Source: Eledone cirrhosa
Lineage: Eukaryota
Reading direction: 5' to 3'
Assembly (NCBI GenBank): GCA_964016885.1
Contig: CAXHJY010001692.1
Location: forward strand, 124,001 to 188,000
Length of the DNA: 64,000 bases
Shown here in pieces: positions 1-11,900 of the stretch (positions are counted from its first letter, which is position 1; each line of letters opens with the position of its first letter). The notes beneath the pieces were generated by a model. That model was not told where the DNA came from, searched no databases, and saw nothing but the letters and a program-made list of their open reading frames with translations. Made by a program: the position numbers and the translations under genes.

Positions 1-3000
1 CAGTCGTTAGAACGTCCAATAGAATGACAGTCGTTATAACGTTCAATAGAATGATAGTCGTTAGAAGGTCCAATAGAATGACAGTCGTTAGAACGTCCAA
101 TAGAATGACAGTCGTTAGAAGGTCCAATAGAATGACAGTCGTTAGAACGTCCAATAGAATGACAGTCGTTAGAACGTCCAATAGAATGACAGTCGTTATA
201 AAGTTCAATAGAAGGACAGTCGTTAGAAGGTCCAATAGAATGACAGTCGTTAGAACGTCCAATAGAATGACAGTCGTTAGAACGTCCAATAGAATGACAG
301 TCGTTAGAACGTTCAATAGAATGACAGTCGTTAGAACGTTCAATAGAATGACAGTCTTTAGCACGTCCAATATAATGACAGTCGTTAGAACGTCCAATAG
401 AATGACAGTCGTTAGAACGTCCAATAGAATGACAGTCGTTAGAACGTTCAATAGAATGACAGTCGTTAGAAGGTCCAATAGAATGACAGTCGTTAGAAGT
501 TCAATAGAATGACAGTCGTTAGAACGTCCAATAGAATGACAGTCGTTAGAACGTCCAATAGAATGACAGTCGTTAGAACGTCCAATAGAATGACAGTCGT
601 TAGAACGTCCAATAGAATGACAGTCGTTAGAACGTTCAATAGAATGACAGTCGTTAGAACGTTCAATAGAATGACAGTCGTTAGAACGTTCAATAGAATG
701 ACAGTCGTTAGAACGTCCAATAGAATGACAGTCGTTAGAACGTCCAATAGAATAACAGTCGTTAGAACGTCCAATAGAATGACAGTCGTTAGAACGTTCA
801 ATAGAATGACAGTCGTTAGAACGTCCAATAGAATGACAATCGTTACTACGTCCAATAGAATGACAGTCGTTAGAACGTCCAATAGAATAACAGTCGTTAT
901 AACGTTCAATAGAATGACAGTCGTTAGAAGGTCCAATAGAATGACAGTCGTTAGAACGTCCAATAGAATGACAGTCGTTAGAACGTCCAATAGAATGACA
1001 GTCGTTAGAACGTCCAATAGAATGACAGTCGTTAGAATGTTCAATAGAATGACAGTCGTTAGAACGTCCAATAGAATGACAGTCGTTAGAACGTCCAATA
1101 GAATGACAGTCGTTAGAACGTCCAATAGAATGACAGTCGTTAGAACGTTCAATAGAATGACAGTCGTTAGATCGTTCAATAGAATGACAGTCTTTAGAAC
1201 GTCCAATAGAATGACAGTCGTTAGAACGTCCAATAGAATGACAGTCGTTAGAACGTCCAATAGAATGACAGTCGTTAGAACGTCCAATAGAATGACAGTC
1301 GTTAGAACGTCCAATAGAATGACAGTCGTTAGAACGTCCAATAGAATGACAGTCGTTAGAACGTCCAATAGAATGACAGTCGTTAGAACGTCCAATAGAA
1401 TGACAGTCGTTAGAACGTTCAATAGAATGACAGTCGTTAGATCGTTCAATAGAATGACAGTCTTTAGAACGTCCAATAGAATGACAGTCGTTAGAACGTC
1501 CAATAGAATGACAGTCGTTAGAACGTCCAATAGAATGACAGTCGTTAGAACGTTCAATAGAATGACAGTCGTTAGAAGGTCCAATAGAATGACAGTCGTT
1601 AGAACGTCCAATAGAATGACAGTCGTTAGAACGTCCAATAGAATGACAGTCGTTAGAACGTCCAATAGAATGACAGTCGTTAGAACGTTCAATAGAATGA
1701 CAGTCGTTAGAACGTCCAATAGAATGACAGTCGTTAGAACGTTCAATAGAATGACAGTCGTTAGAAGGTCCAATAGAATGACAGTCGTTAGAACGTCCAA
1801 TAGAATGACAGTCGTTAGAACGTCCAATAGAATGACAGTCGTTAGAACGTCCAATAGAATGACAGTCGTTAGAACGTCCAATAGAATGACAGTCGTTAGA
1901 ACGTTCAATAGAATGACAGTCGTTAGAAGGTCCAATAGAATGACAGTCGTTAGAACGTCCAATAGAATGACAGTCGTTAGAACGTCAAATAGAATGACAG
2001 TCGTTAGAACGTCCAATAGAATGACAGTCGTTAGAACGTCCAATAGAATGACAGTCGTTTGAACGTCCAATAGAATGACAGTCGTTAGAACGTTCAATAG
2101 AATGACAGTCGTTAGAAGGTCCAATAGAATGACAGTCGTTAGAACGTCCAATAGAATGACAGTCGTTAGAACGTCCAATAGAATGACAGTCGTTAGAACG
2201 TCCAAGAGAATGACAGTCGTTAGAACGTTCAATAGAATGACAGTCGTTAGAACGTCCAATAGAATGACAGTCGTTACTACGTCCAATAGAATGACAGTCG
2301 TTAGGACGTCCAATAGAATGACAGTCGTTATAACGTTCAATAGAATGACAGTCGTTAGAAGGTCCAATAGAATGACAGTCGTTAGAACGTCCAATAGAAT
2401 GACAGTCGTTAGAAGGTCCAATCGAATGACAGTCGTTAGAACGTCCAATAGAATGACAGTCGTTAGAACGTCCAATAGAATGACAGTCGTTATAAAGTTC
2501 AATAGAAGGACAGTCGTTAGAAGGTCCAATAGAATGACAGTCGTTAGAACGTCCAATAGAATATCAGTCGTTAGAACGTCCAATAGAATGACAGTCGTTA
2601 GAACGTTCAATAGAATGACAGTCGTTAGAACGTTCAATAGAATGACAGTCTTTAGAACGTCCAATATAATGACAGTCGTTAGAACGTCCAATAGAATGAC
2701 AGTCGTTAGAACGTCCAATAGAATGACAGTCGTTAGAACGTTCAATAGAATGACAGTCGTTAGAAGGTCCAATAGAATGACAGTCGTTAGAAGTTCAATA
2801 GAATGACAGTCGTTAGAAGGTCCAATAGAATGACAGTCGTTAGAACGTTCAATAGAATGACAGTCGTTAGAACGTCCAATAGAATGACAGTCGTTATAAC
2901 GTTCAATAGAATGACAGTCGTTAGAACGTCCAATAGAATGACAGTCGTTAGAACGTCCAATAGAATGACAGTCGTTAGAACGTCCAATAGAATGACAGTC

Positions 3001-5855
3001 GTTAGAACGTTCAATAGAATGACAGTCGTTAGAACGTTCAATAGAATGTCAGTCGTTAGAACGTTCAATAGAATGACAGTCGTTAGAACGTCCAATAGAA
3101 TGACAGTCGTTAGAACGTTCAATAGAATGACAGTCGTCATAACGTTCAATAGAATGACAGTCGTTAGAACGTTCAATAGAATGACAGTCGTTAGAACGTC
3201 CAATAGAATGACAGTCGTTAGAACGTCCAATAGAATAACAGTCGTTAGAACGTCCAAGAGAATGACAGTCGTTAGAACGTTCAATAGAATGACAGTCGTT
3301 AGAACGTCCAATAGAATGACAGTCGTTACTACGTCCAATAGAATGACAGTCGTTAGAACGTCCAATAGAATGACAGTCGTTAGAACGTCCAATAGAATGA
3401 CAGTCGTTAGAACGTTCAATAGAATGACAGTCGTTAGAACGTTCAATAGAATGACAGTCGTTAGAACGTCCAATAGAATGACAGTCATTAAAACGTCCAA
3501 TAGAATGACAGTCGTTAGAACGTCCAATAGAATGACAGTCGTTATAACGTTCAATAGAATGACAGTCGTTACTACGTCCAATAGAATGACAGTCGTTAGA
3601 ACGTCCAATAGAATGACAGTCGTTATAACTTTCAATAGAATGACAGTCGTTAGAAGGTCCAATAGAATGACAGTCGTTAGAACGTCCAATATAATGACAG
3701 TCGTTAGAACGTCCAATAGAATGACAGTCGTTAGAACGTTCAATAGAATGACAGTCGTTAGAAGGTCCAATAGAATGACAGTCGTTAGAACGTCCAATAG
3801 AATGACAGTCGTTAGAACGTCCAATAGAATGACAGTCGTTAGAACGTCCAATAGAATGACAGTCGTTAGAACGTCCAATAGAATAACAGTCGTTAGTACG
3901 TCCAATAGAATGACAGTCGTTAGAACGTCCAATAGAATGACAGTCGTTAGAACGTTCAATAGAATGACAGTCGTTAGAACGTTCAATAGAATGACAGTCT
4001 TTAGAACGTCCAATAGAATGACAGTCGTTAGAAGGTCCAATAGAATGACAGTCGTTAGAACGTCCAATAGAATGACAGTCGTTAGAACGTTCAATAGAAT
4101 GACAGTCGTTAGAAGGTTCAATAGAATGACAGTCGTTAGAACGTCCAATAGAATGACAGTCGTTAGAACGTTCAATAGAATGACAGTCGTTAGAAGGTCC
4201 AATAGAATGACAGTCGTTAGAACGTCCAATAGAATTACAGTCGTTAGAAGGTCCAATAGAATGACAGTCGTTAGAACGTCCAATAGAATGACAGTCGTGA
4301 GAACGTCCAATAGAATGACAGTCGTTAGAACGTCCAATAGAATGACAGTCGTTAGAAGGTCCAATAGAATGACAGTCGTTAGAACGTCCAATAGAATGAC
4401 AGTCGTTAGAAGGTCCAATAGAATGTCAGTCGTTAGAAGGTCCAATAGAATGACAGTCGTTAGAAGGTCCAATAGAATGACAGTCGTTAGAAGGTCCAAT
4501 AGAATGACAGTCGTTAGAAGGTCCAATAGAATGACAGTCGTTAGAACGTCCAATAGAATGACAGTCGTTAGTACGTCCAATAGAATGACAGTCGTTAGAA
4601 CGTCCAATAGAATGACAGTCGTTAGTACGTCCAATAGAATGACAGTCGTTAGAACGTCCAATAGAATGACAGTCGTTAGAACGTTCAATAGAATGACAGT
4701 CGTTAGAACGTCCAATAGAATGACAGTCGTTAGAAGGTCCAATAGAATGACAGTCGTTAGAACGTTCAATAGAATGACAGTCGTTAGAAGGTCCAATAGA
4801 ATGAAGTCGTTAGAAGGTCCAATAGAATGACAGTCGTTAGAAGGTCCAATAGAATGACAGTCGTTAGAAGGTCCAATAGAATGACAGTCGTTAGAACGTC
4901 CAATAGAATGACAGTCGTTAGTACGTCCAATCGAATGACAGTCGTTAGAACGTCCAATAGAATGACAGTCGTTAGTACGTCCAATAGAATGACAGTCGTT
5001 AGAACGTCCAATAGAATGACAGTCGTTAGTACGTCCAATAGAATGACAGTCGTTAGTACGTCCAATAGAATGACAGTCGTTATAACGTCCAATAGAATGA
5101 CAGTCGTTAGAACGTCCAATAGAATGACAGTCGTTAGAAGGTCCAATAGAATGACAGTCGTTAGAACGTCCAATAGAATGACAGTCGTTAGTACGTCCAA
5201 TAGAATGACAGTCGTTAGAACGTCCAATAGAATGACAGTCGTTAGAACGTCCAATAGAATGACAGTCGTTAGAAGGTCCAATAGAATGACAGTCGTTAGT
5301 ACGTCCAATAGAATGACAGTCGTTAGAACGTCCAATAGAATGACAGTCGTTAGTACGTCCAATAGAATGACAGTCGTTAGAACGTCCAATAGAATGACAG
5401 TCGTTAGAACGTTCAATAGAATGACAGTCGTTAGAACGTCCAATAGAATGACAGTCGTTAGAAGGTCCAATAGAATGACAGTCGTTAGAACGTCCAATAG
5501 AATGACAGTCGTTAGAAGGTCCAATAGAATGACAGTCGTTAGAAGGTCCAATAGAATGACAGTCGTTAGAACGTCCAATAGAATGACAGTCGTTAGAAGG
5601 TCCAATAGAATGACAGTCGTTAGAACGTCCAATAGAATGACAGTCGTTAGAAGGTCCAATAGAATGACAGTCGTTAGAAGGTCCAATAGAATGACAGTCG
5701 TTAGAAGGTCCAATAGAATGACAGTCGTTAGAACGTCCAATAGAATGACAGTCGTTAGAAGGTCCAATAGAATGACAGTCGTTAGAACGTCCAATAGAAT
5801 GACAGTCGTTAGAAGGTCCAATAGAATGACAGTCGTTAGAAGGTCCAATAGAATG
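1..5855 (+). repeat. 27-bp tandem satellite (AGAATGACAGTCGTTAGAACGTCCAAT)n, ~215 copies, open at the window start
   Basis: Visible 27-bp periodicity. The ORFs are 9-aa repeats (RMTVVRTSN / LLDVLTTVI). Rare variants recur 2294 bp apart. Confidence 0.98.
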
Positions 5856-5962
5856 CTTCGCTGTAATCGTAACGGATCTTTACTCTCTCAGTTCAAATCA
5901 ATTCGAGGTCAACTTTGCCTTTCATCCTTTCAAGGTCGATAAAAAAGTACCAGTCAAGTACT
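5830..5962 (+). mobile_element. tRNA-derived SINE whose 5' head is the last satellite unit
   Basis: B-box-like GTTCAAATC followed by GAGGTCAACTTTGCCTTTCATCC...GGTCGATAAAAAAGTACCAGT, which matches the other SINE copies in the window (e.g. 47202-47372). Confidence 0.85.
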
Positions 5963-6171
5963 CGATTCGATTATTTCTCTAAATCTCTTCCTTAATTCAT
6001 TTTTCTCACTCTCAATTCTTCGAATGGAAACACCGTATGTCAACAAGGCGACTCTACGACGCCCTCGGGATTTTCGAGTCCATACATGCATACATATAAT
6101 AAAAACAGAACACACAACTAAAGGGTACAGAAAAGGAAGAAATGTGTATTTGATAATAAACTGTTTAGTCC

Positions 6172-6980
6172 TATATACCTGTTGTATCGCCCCTGTTGTA
6201 CCTTACCTGTTGTATCTCCCCTGTCGTATCTCCTCTGTCGTATCTCACCTGTGGTATCTCACCTGTTGTACCTCACCTGTCGTATCTCACCTGTTGTATC
6301 TCACCTGTGTATCTCCCCAGTTGTACCTTACCTGTTGTACCTCTCCTGTAGTATCTCACCTGTTATATTTCACCTGTCGTATCTCCTCTGTCGTATCTCC
6401 TCTGTCGTATCTCACCTGTCGTATCTCACCTGTTGTACCTCACCTGTCGTATCTCACCTGTTGTATCTCACCTGTTTTATCTCACCTGTGTATCTCCCCA
6501 GTTGTACCTTACCTGTTGTACCTCTCCTGTAGTATCTCACCTGTTATATTTCACCTGTCGTATCTCATCTGTCGTATCTCATCTGTTGTATCTCACCTGT
6601 TGTATCTCACCTGTCGTATCTTACCTGTTGTATCTCACCTGTCGTATTTCACCTCTTGTATCTTACCTGTCGTATCTCACCTGTTGTATCTCACCTGTTG
6701 TATCTCACCTGTCGTATCTCACCTGTTGTATCTCCCCTGTCGTATCTCACATGTCGTATCTCACCTGTCGTATCTCCTCTGTCGTATCTTACATGTATCT
6801 CACCTGTTGTATCTCACCTGTTGTATCTCACCTGTTGTATCTCACCTGTCGTATCTTACCTGTTGTATCTCACCTGTCGTATCTTACCTGTCATATCTCA
6901 CCTGTCGTATCTTACCTGTCGTATCTCACCTGTCGTATCTCACCTGTCGTATCTCACCTGTTGTATCTCACCTGTTGTAT
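6172..6980 (+). repeat. 14-bp minisatellite (TATCTCACCTGTYG)n
   Basis: Visible periodicity. The same peptide rotates through all three frames because 14 is not a multiple of 3. Confidence 0.95.
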
Positions 6981-7084
6981 ATTAAACATTATCTGTTTTT
7001 GGCCTCAAATTACAGAACATCGCAATATCGAGAATATAAATACTCGACGCTTTCATTTAACTGTGGTTATTGTATTTTACCACT

Positions 7085-7330
7085 AAACCAGGTGACTTAG
7101 GGCTTGACACCATGACATTGTGACTTCGGTTCTCGGACAGGTTGGTAGATTGTGTCCTTCAGCAAGGCACTTTATTTCACGTTGCTCTTGTTCACTCAGC
7201 TGTAGAAATGAGTTGAGTCGTCATTGGTGCCAAGCTGTATCGGACATTGCCGAGAGGGGAGATCAGACTTGTGCCCAGGAGGGAACTTTCTAGGTACAAA
7301 TCCCATGGTCATTCTTGACCGAAGGGGGTA
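7085..7330 (+). mobile_element. Second SINE family, CORE-like
   Basis: TTGTGTCCTTCAGCAAGGCACTTTATTTCACGTTGCTC...CACTCAGCTGTAGAAATGAG resembles the CORE-SINE central domain. Reverse copies are at 39003-39255 and 47035-47190. Confidence 0.65.
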
Positions 7331-7374
7331 TTTGCGTTACTTTGTCTTTTATAAGATATCTGGTAAATAAGAGA

Positions 7375-7587
7375 TTCTTATTTAGGCGTAGGACCAACAA
7401 GTTTGGGGGAGGGGAAAGTTAATTAATTCAACCCCAGTTTGTTACTGGTACATTTTTTTATCGACGATGTAAGGATGAAAGACAAAGCTAACCTCGGCAA
7501 AATTTGAACTCAGAACGCAAAGGGCCGTAACTATATGCCGCAAAGCATATAATCCGATGCTCTATCGATTACTGCCAATCCACCGCC
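7375..7587 (-). mobile_element. tRNA-derived SINE, near full length
   Basis: Reverse complement starts GGCGGTGGATTGGCAGTAATCG (A-box-like) and contains GAGTTCAAAT (B-box-like) and CTTTCATCC. Confidence 0.85.
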
Positions 7588-7600
7588 TCTCCTCGGCTAA

Positions 7601-7811
7601 TAATTGCTTCTACTTTAGGCACAAGGCCACCAATTTAAAGGGTAGGGGAGAGTCGATTAAATCGAACCCAGTTCATTACTGGTACTTCATTTATCGATCC
7701 CTTAAGGATGAAAGGCAAAGCTAACCTTGGCGGGATTTGAACTCAGTACGTAAAGGGCCATAACTATGTCACCAAGCATGTTGTTCACGGCTCTACTGCT
7801 AATCCACTACC
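7601..7811 (-). mobile_element. tRNA-derived SINE, copy in tandem with the preceding one
   Basis: GGCACAAGGCC...ACTGGTACTT...AGGATGAAAGGCAAAGCTAACCTTGGCGGGATTTGAACTCAG. Confidence 0.85.
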
Positions 7812-7825
7812 TTTATAATTTACAG

Positions 7826-7893
7826 CTCCGCATCGGGAAGTTGAACCCCAGCCTCACGCGTGACAGGCTGGCTTACCACTGCACTATCTTAAA
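7826..7893 (-). pseudogene. Degenerate tRNA-Asp(GTC) pseudogene
   Basis: CTCCGCATCGGGAAGTTGAACCCCAGCCTCACGCGTGACAGGC...TTACCACTGCACTA aligns to the reverse complement of metazoan tRNA-Asp (anticodon arm GCCTGTCACGC, T loop GGTTCAA). The D arm and 5' acceptor strand are damaged. Confidence 0.7.
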
Positions 7894-7934
7894 CCATAGT
7901 ATAGCTGAAAAACCTGTGTCAATCGTAAATGCCA

Positions 7935-8163
7935 TTAACCCTTTAGCATTTAACCCGGCTGTATCCGGACAGAATTTTCTCACCTCTTTCTGTTTAACGC
8001 TACCATAACTGGCTGCTCATACTTATGTAAAGGTATTGTTCTCAAAATGAATAATATCAAAATCTCATAGGTTCAGTATTATGTGAGATAATTATGTGAG
8101 GAAAAACCTTTACCCCGAAAATCCAATGGTAAATATAGAATAATGCAAATGCTAAACTATTAA
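7935..8163. mobile_element. TTAA-flanked MITE with piggyBac-type termini
   Basis: Left end TTAA-CCCTTTAGCATTT, right end AAATGCTAAA(CTA)-TTAA: a short imperfect TIR with TTAA on both sides. Confidence 0.6.
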
Positions 8164-8260
8164 AAGTTAACCACGGCGCGATTTAAAATCAGAACGTAAA
8201 GGGCTGTAGCTCTATGTAAAACATGTCCAACACTCTACCGATACTACCAATCCACCGCCT
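8164..8260 (-). mobile_element. 5' half of the tRNA-derived SINE
   Basis: AAGTTAACCACGGC...CAGAACGTAAAGGGCTGTAGC...CTCTACCGATACTACCAATCCACCGCC. Confidence 0.75.
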
Positions 8261-8781
8261 GGATGTCCTGTATATCAATGAATTGTCCATGATCTGGGTA
8301 ATTCCTTACGTTACGATAATCTTTATCGTGACATTTGTACATAGTGTTTTTAAATTTAGATAATTTATTCTTAAGAGTTTTAACGTTTTTTTAAAAATAT
8401 AATTCTATAGTATGATTCTTCTTTCCTGGAGGTGCGATGTTTGTCTACAATGTAGAGATGTATTGATCTTTTTAACAGCAACGAATCTAACAAGATACAT
8501 GTTTACAGCAACTCGATCATTTTGTCATCAGTGGTGTTGTTTTAGCATTTAATAATGAGTCTTGAGTTATTTCCAGATATTTTCTATGTTAAATTCTATT
8601 TTAATGTCGACATGAGAATGAAGTCATCTATTTCGAGTTTATTGTAATATGGGTTATATATTATCATAGATTACACCTCACTTCTGATTTGGATGTAGGA
8701 CAACGCTATGTTTAAATTGAAGGTCACAGACACAAGGTTACCATTAGTAAAACAATCTCACGCACTCATACTGGCACATGT

Positions 8782-8988
8782 TGGTTGCTATTTCTTGGCA
8801 GAAGAGTGCCACCCCTTCATTGAATATTGTACGATCATTTGCAGGCTTTTGTTTTGCAGGCACGTTCACAGATGTGACACTTGAATGGTCTGCCGCCTAG
8901 CAATACCAGCTGGGGAATGTCTCAATTGTCTGCCGCCTAGCAATGCCAACAGGGGGGGGGGGGGTCTGAAGGGCTGCCCCCTAGCAAT
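8782..8988 (-). mobile_element. 3' end of an RTE-type LINE remnant: last zinc finger plus 3' stem-loop
   Basis: Minus strand reads PQLVLLGGRPFKCHICERACKTKA (decayed C2H2 finger), then GTGGCACTC-TTCT-GCCA-AGAA-ATAGCAACCA, which aligns without gaps to the 3' end of the RTE-like repeat at 41169-41777. Confidence 0.7.
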
Positions 8989-11900
8989 ACCAGCTGGGGT
9001 GTGTCTTCATATATTCTAGCACGTCTGGTCAGTCCACCAGCTGGGGCAGGTCTTCATACATTCTACCATGACTGGTCAGCTCACCAGCTGGGGTGTGTCT
9101 TCATATATTCTACCATGACTGGTCAGTCCACCAGCTGGGGTAGGTCTTCATCTATTCTACCATGACTGGTCAGTCCACCAGCTGGGGGAGGTCTTCATAC
9201 ATTCTACCACGTCTGGTCAGTCCACCAGCTGGGGCAGGTCTTCATACATTCTACCACGTCTTGTCAGTCCACCAGCTGGGGTGGGTCTTCATACATTCTA
9301 CAATGACTGGTCAGTCCACCAGCTGGGGCAGGTCTTCATACATTCTACAATGTCTGGTCAGTCCACCAGCTGGGGTAGGTCTTCATACATTCTACCACGT
9401 CTGGTCAGTCTACCAGCTGGGGCAGGTTTTCATACATTCTACCACGTCTGGTCAGTCCACCAGCTGAGGCAGGTCTTCATACATTCTACCACGTCTTGTC
9501 AGTCCACCAGCTGGGGTGGGTCTTCATACATTCTACAATGACTGGTCAGTCCACCAGCTGGGGCAGGTCTTCATACATTCTACAATGACTGGTCAGTCCA
9601 CCAGCTGGGATAGGTCTTCATACATTCTACCATGTCTGGTCAGTCCACCAGCTGGGGCAGGTTTTCATACATTCTACCACGTCTGGTCAGTCCACCAGCT
9701 GGGGCAGGTCTTCATACATTCTACCACGTCTGGTCAGTCCACCAGCTGGAGCAGGTCTTCATACATTCTACCATGTCTGGTCAGTCTACCAGCTGGGGCA
9801 GGTCTTCATACAATATACCACGTCTGGTCAGTCCACAAGCTGGGGTAGGTCTTCATACATTCTACCACGTCTGGTCAGTCCACAAGCTGGGGTAGGTCTT
9901 CATACATTCTACCACGTCTGGTCAGTCCACCAGCTGGGGTAGGTCTTCATACATTCTACCATGTCTGGTCAGTCCACCAGCTGGGGTAGGTCTTCATACA
10001 TTCTATCATGTCTGGTCAGTCCACCATTTGGGGTAGGTCTTCATACATTCTACCATGTCTGGTCAGTCCACCATTTGGGGTAGGTCTTCATACATTCTAA
10101 CATGTCTGGTCAGTCCACCAGCTGGGACAGGTCTTCATACATTCTACCATGTCTGGTCAGTCCACCAGCTGGGGCAGGTCTTCATACATTCTACCATGTC
10201 TGGTCAGTCCACCAGCTGGGGCAGGTCTTCATACATTCTACCATGTCTGGTCAGTCCACCATTTGGGGCAGGTCTTCATACATTCTACCATGTCTGGTCA
10301 GTCCACCAGCTGGGGCAGGTCTTCATACATTCTACCATGTCTGGTCAGTCCACCAGCTGGGGTAGGTCTTCATACATTCTACCATGCCTGGTCAGTCCAC
10401 CATTTGGGGTAGGTCTTCATACATTCTACCATGTCTGGTCAGTCCACCAGCTGGGGTAGGTCTTCATACATTCTACCATGTCTGGTCAGTCCACCATTTG
10501 GGGTAGGTCTTCATACATTCTACCATGTCTGGTCAGTTCACCAGCTGGTGTAGGTCTTCATACATTCTACCATGTCTGGTCAGTCCACCATTTGGGGTAG
10601 GTCTTCATACATTCTACCATGTCTGGTCAGTCCACCAGCTGGGGCAGGTCTTCATACATTCTACCACATCTGGTCAGTCCACCAGCTGGGGTAGGTCTTC
10701 ATACATTCTACCATGTCTGGTCAGTCCACCAGCTGGGGTAGGTCTTCATACATTCTACCATGTCTGGTCAGTCCACCAGCTGGGGTAGGTCTTCATACAT
10801 TCTACCATGTCTGGTCAGTCCACCAGCTGGGGCAGGTCTTCATACATTCTACCACATCTGGTCAGTCCACCAGCTGGGGTAGGTCTTCATACATTCTACC
10901 ATGTCTGGTCAGTCCACCAGCTGGGGTAGGTCTTCATACATTCTACCATGTCTGGTCAGTCCACCATTTGGGGCAGGTCTTCATACATTCTACCATGTCT
11001 GGTCAGTCCACCAGCTGGGGCAGGTCTTCATACATTCTACCATGTCTGGTCAGTCCACCAGCTGGTGTAGGTCTTCATACATTCTACCATGTCTGGTCAG
11101 TCCACCAGCTGGTGTAGGTCTTCATACATTCTACCATGTCTGGTCAGTCCACCATTTGGGGTAGGTCTTCATACATTCTACCATGTCTGGTCAGTCCACC
11201 AGCTGGGGTAGGTCTTCATACATTCTACCATGTCTCGTCAGTCCACCAGCTGGGGTAGGTCTTCATACATTCTACCATGTCTGGTCAGTCCACCATTTGG
11301 GGTAGGTCTTCATACATTCTACCATGTCTGGTCAGTCCACCAGCTGGGGCAGGTCTTCATACATTCTACCACGTCTGGTCAGTCCACCAGCTGGGTTAGG
11401 TCTTCATACATTCTAACATATCTGGTCAGTCCACCAGCTGGGGCAGGTCTTCATACATTCTACCATATCTGGTCAGTCCACCAGCTGGGATAGGTCTTCA
11501 TACATTCTACCATGTCTGGTCAGTCCACCAGCTGGGGCAGGTGTTCATGCATTCTACCATGTCTGGTCAGTCCACCAGCTGGGGCAGGTGTTCATGCATT
11601 CTACCACGTCTGGTCAGTCCACCAGCTGGGGCAGGTCTTCATACACTCTACCAGCTGGGGTAGGTCTTTATACATTCTACCATGTCTGGTCAGTCTACCA
11701 GTTGGGGTAGGTCTTCATACATTCTACCATGTCTGGTCAGTCTACCAGCTGGGGTAGGTCTTCATACATTCTACCATGTCTGGTCAGTCCACCAGCTGGG
11801 GCAGGTCTTCATACATTCTACCATGTCTGGTCAGTCCACCAGCTGGGGCAGGTCTTCATACATTCTACCATGTCTGGTCAGTCCACCATTTGGGGCAGGT

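Noticed and set aside
24-5942. Long ORFs (up to 759 aa) on both strands
   Set aside because: A stop-free 27-bp unit gives open frames automatically; 1-bp deletions break the frame and the unit derives from a SINE head.
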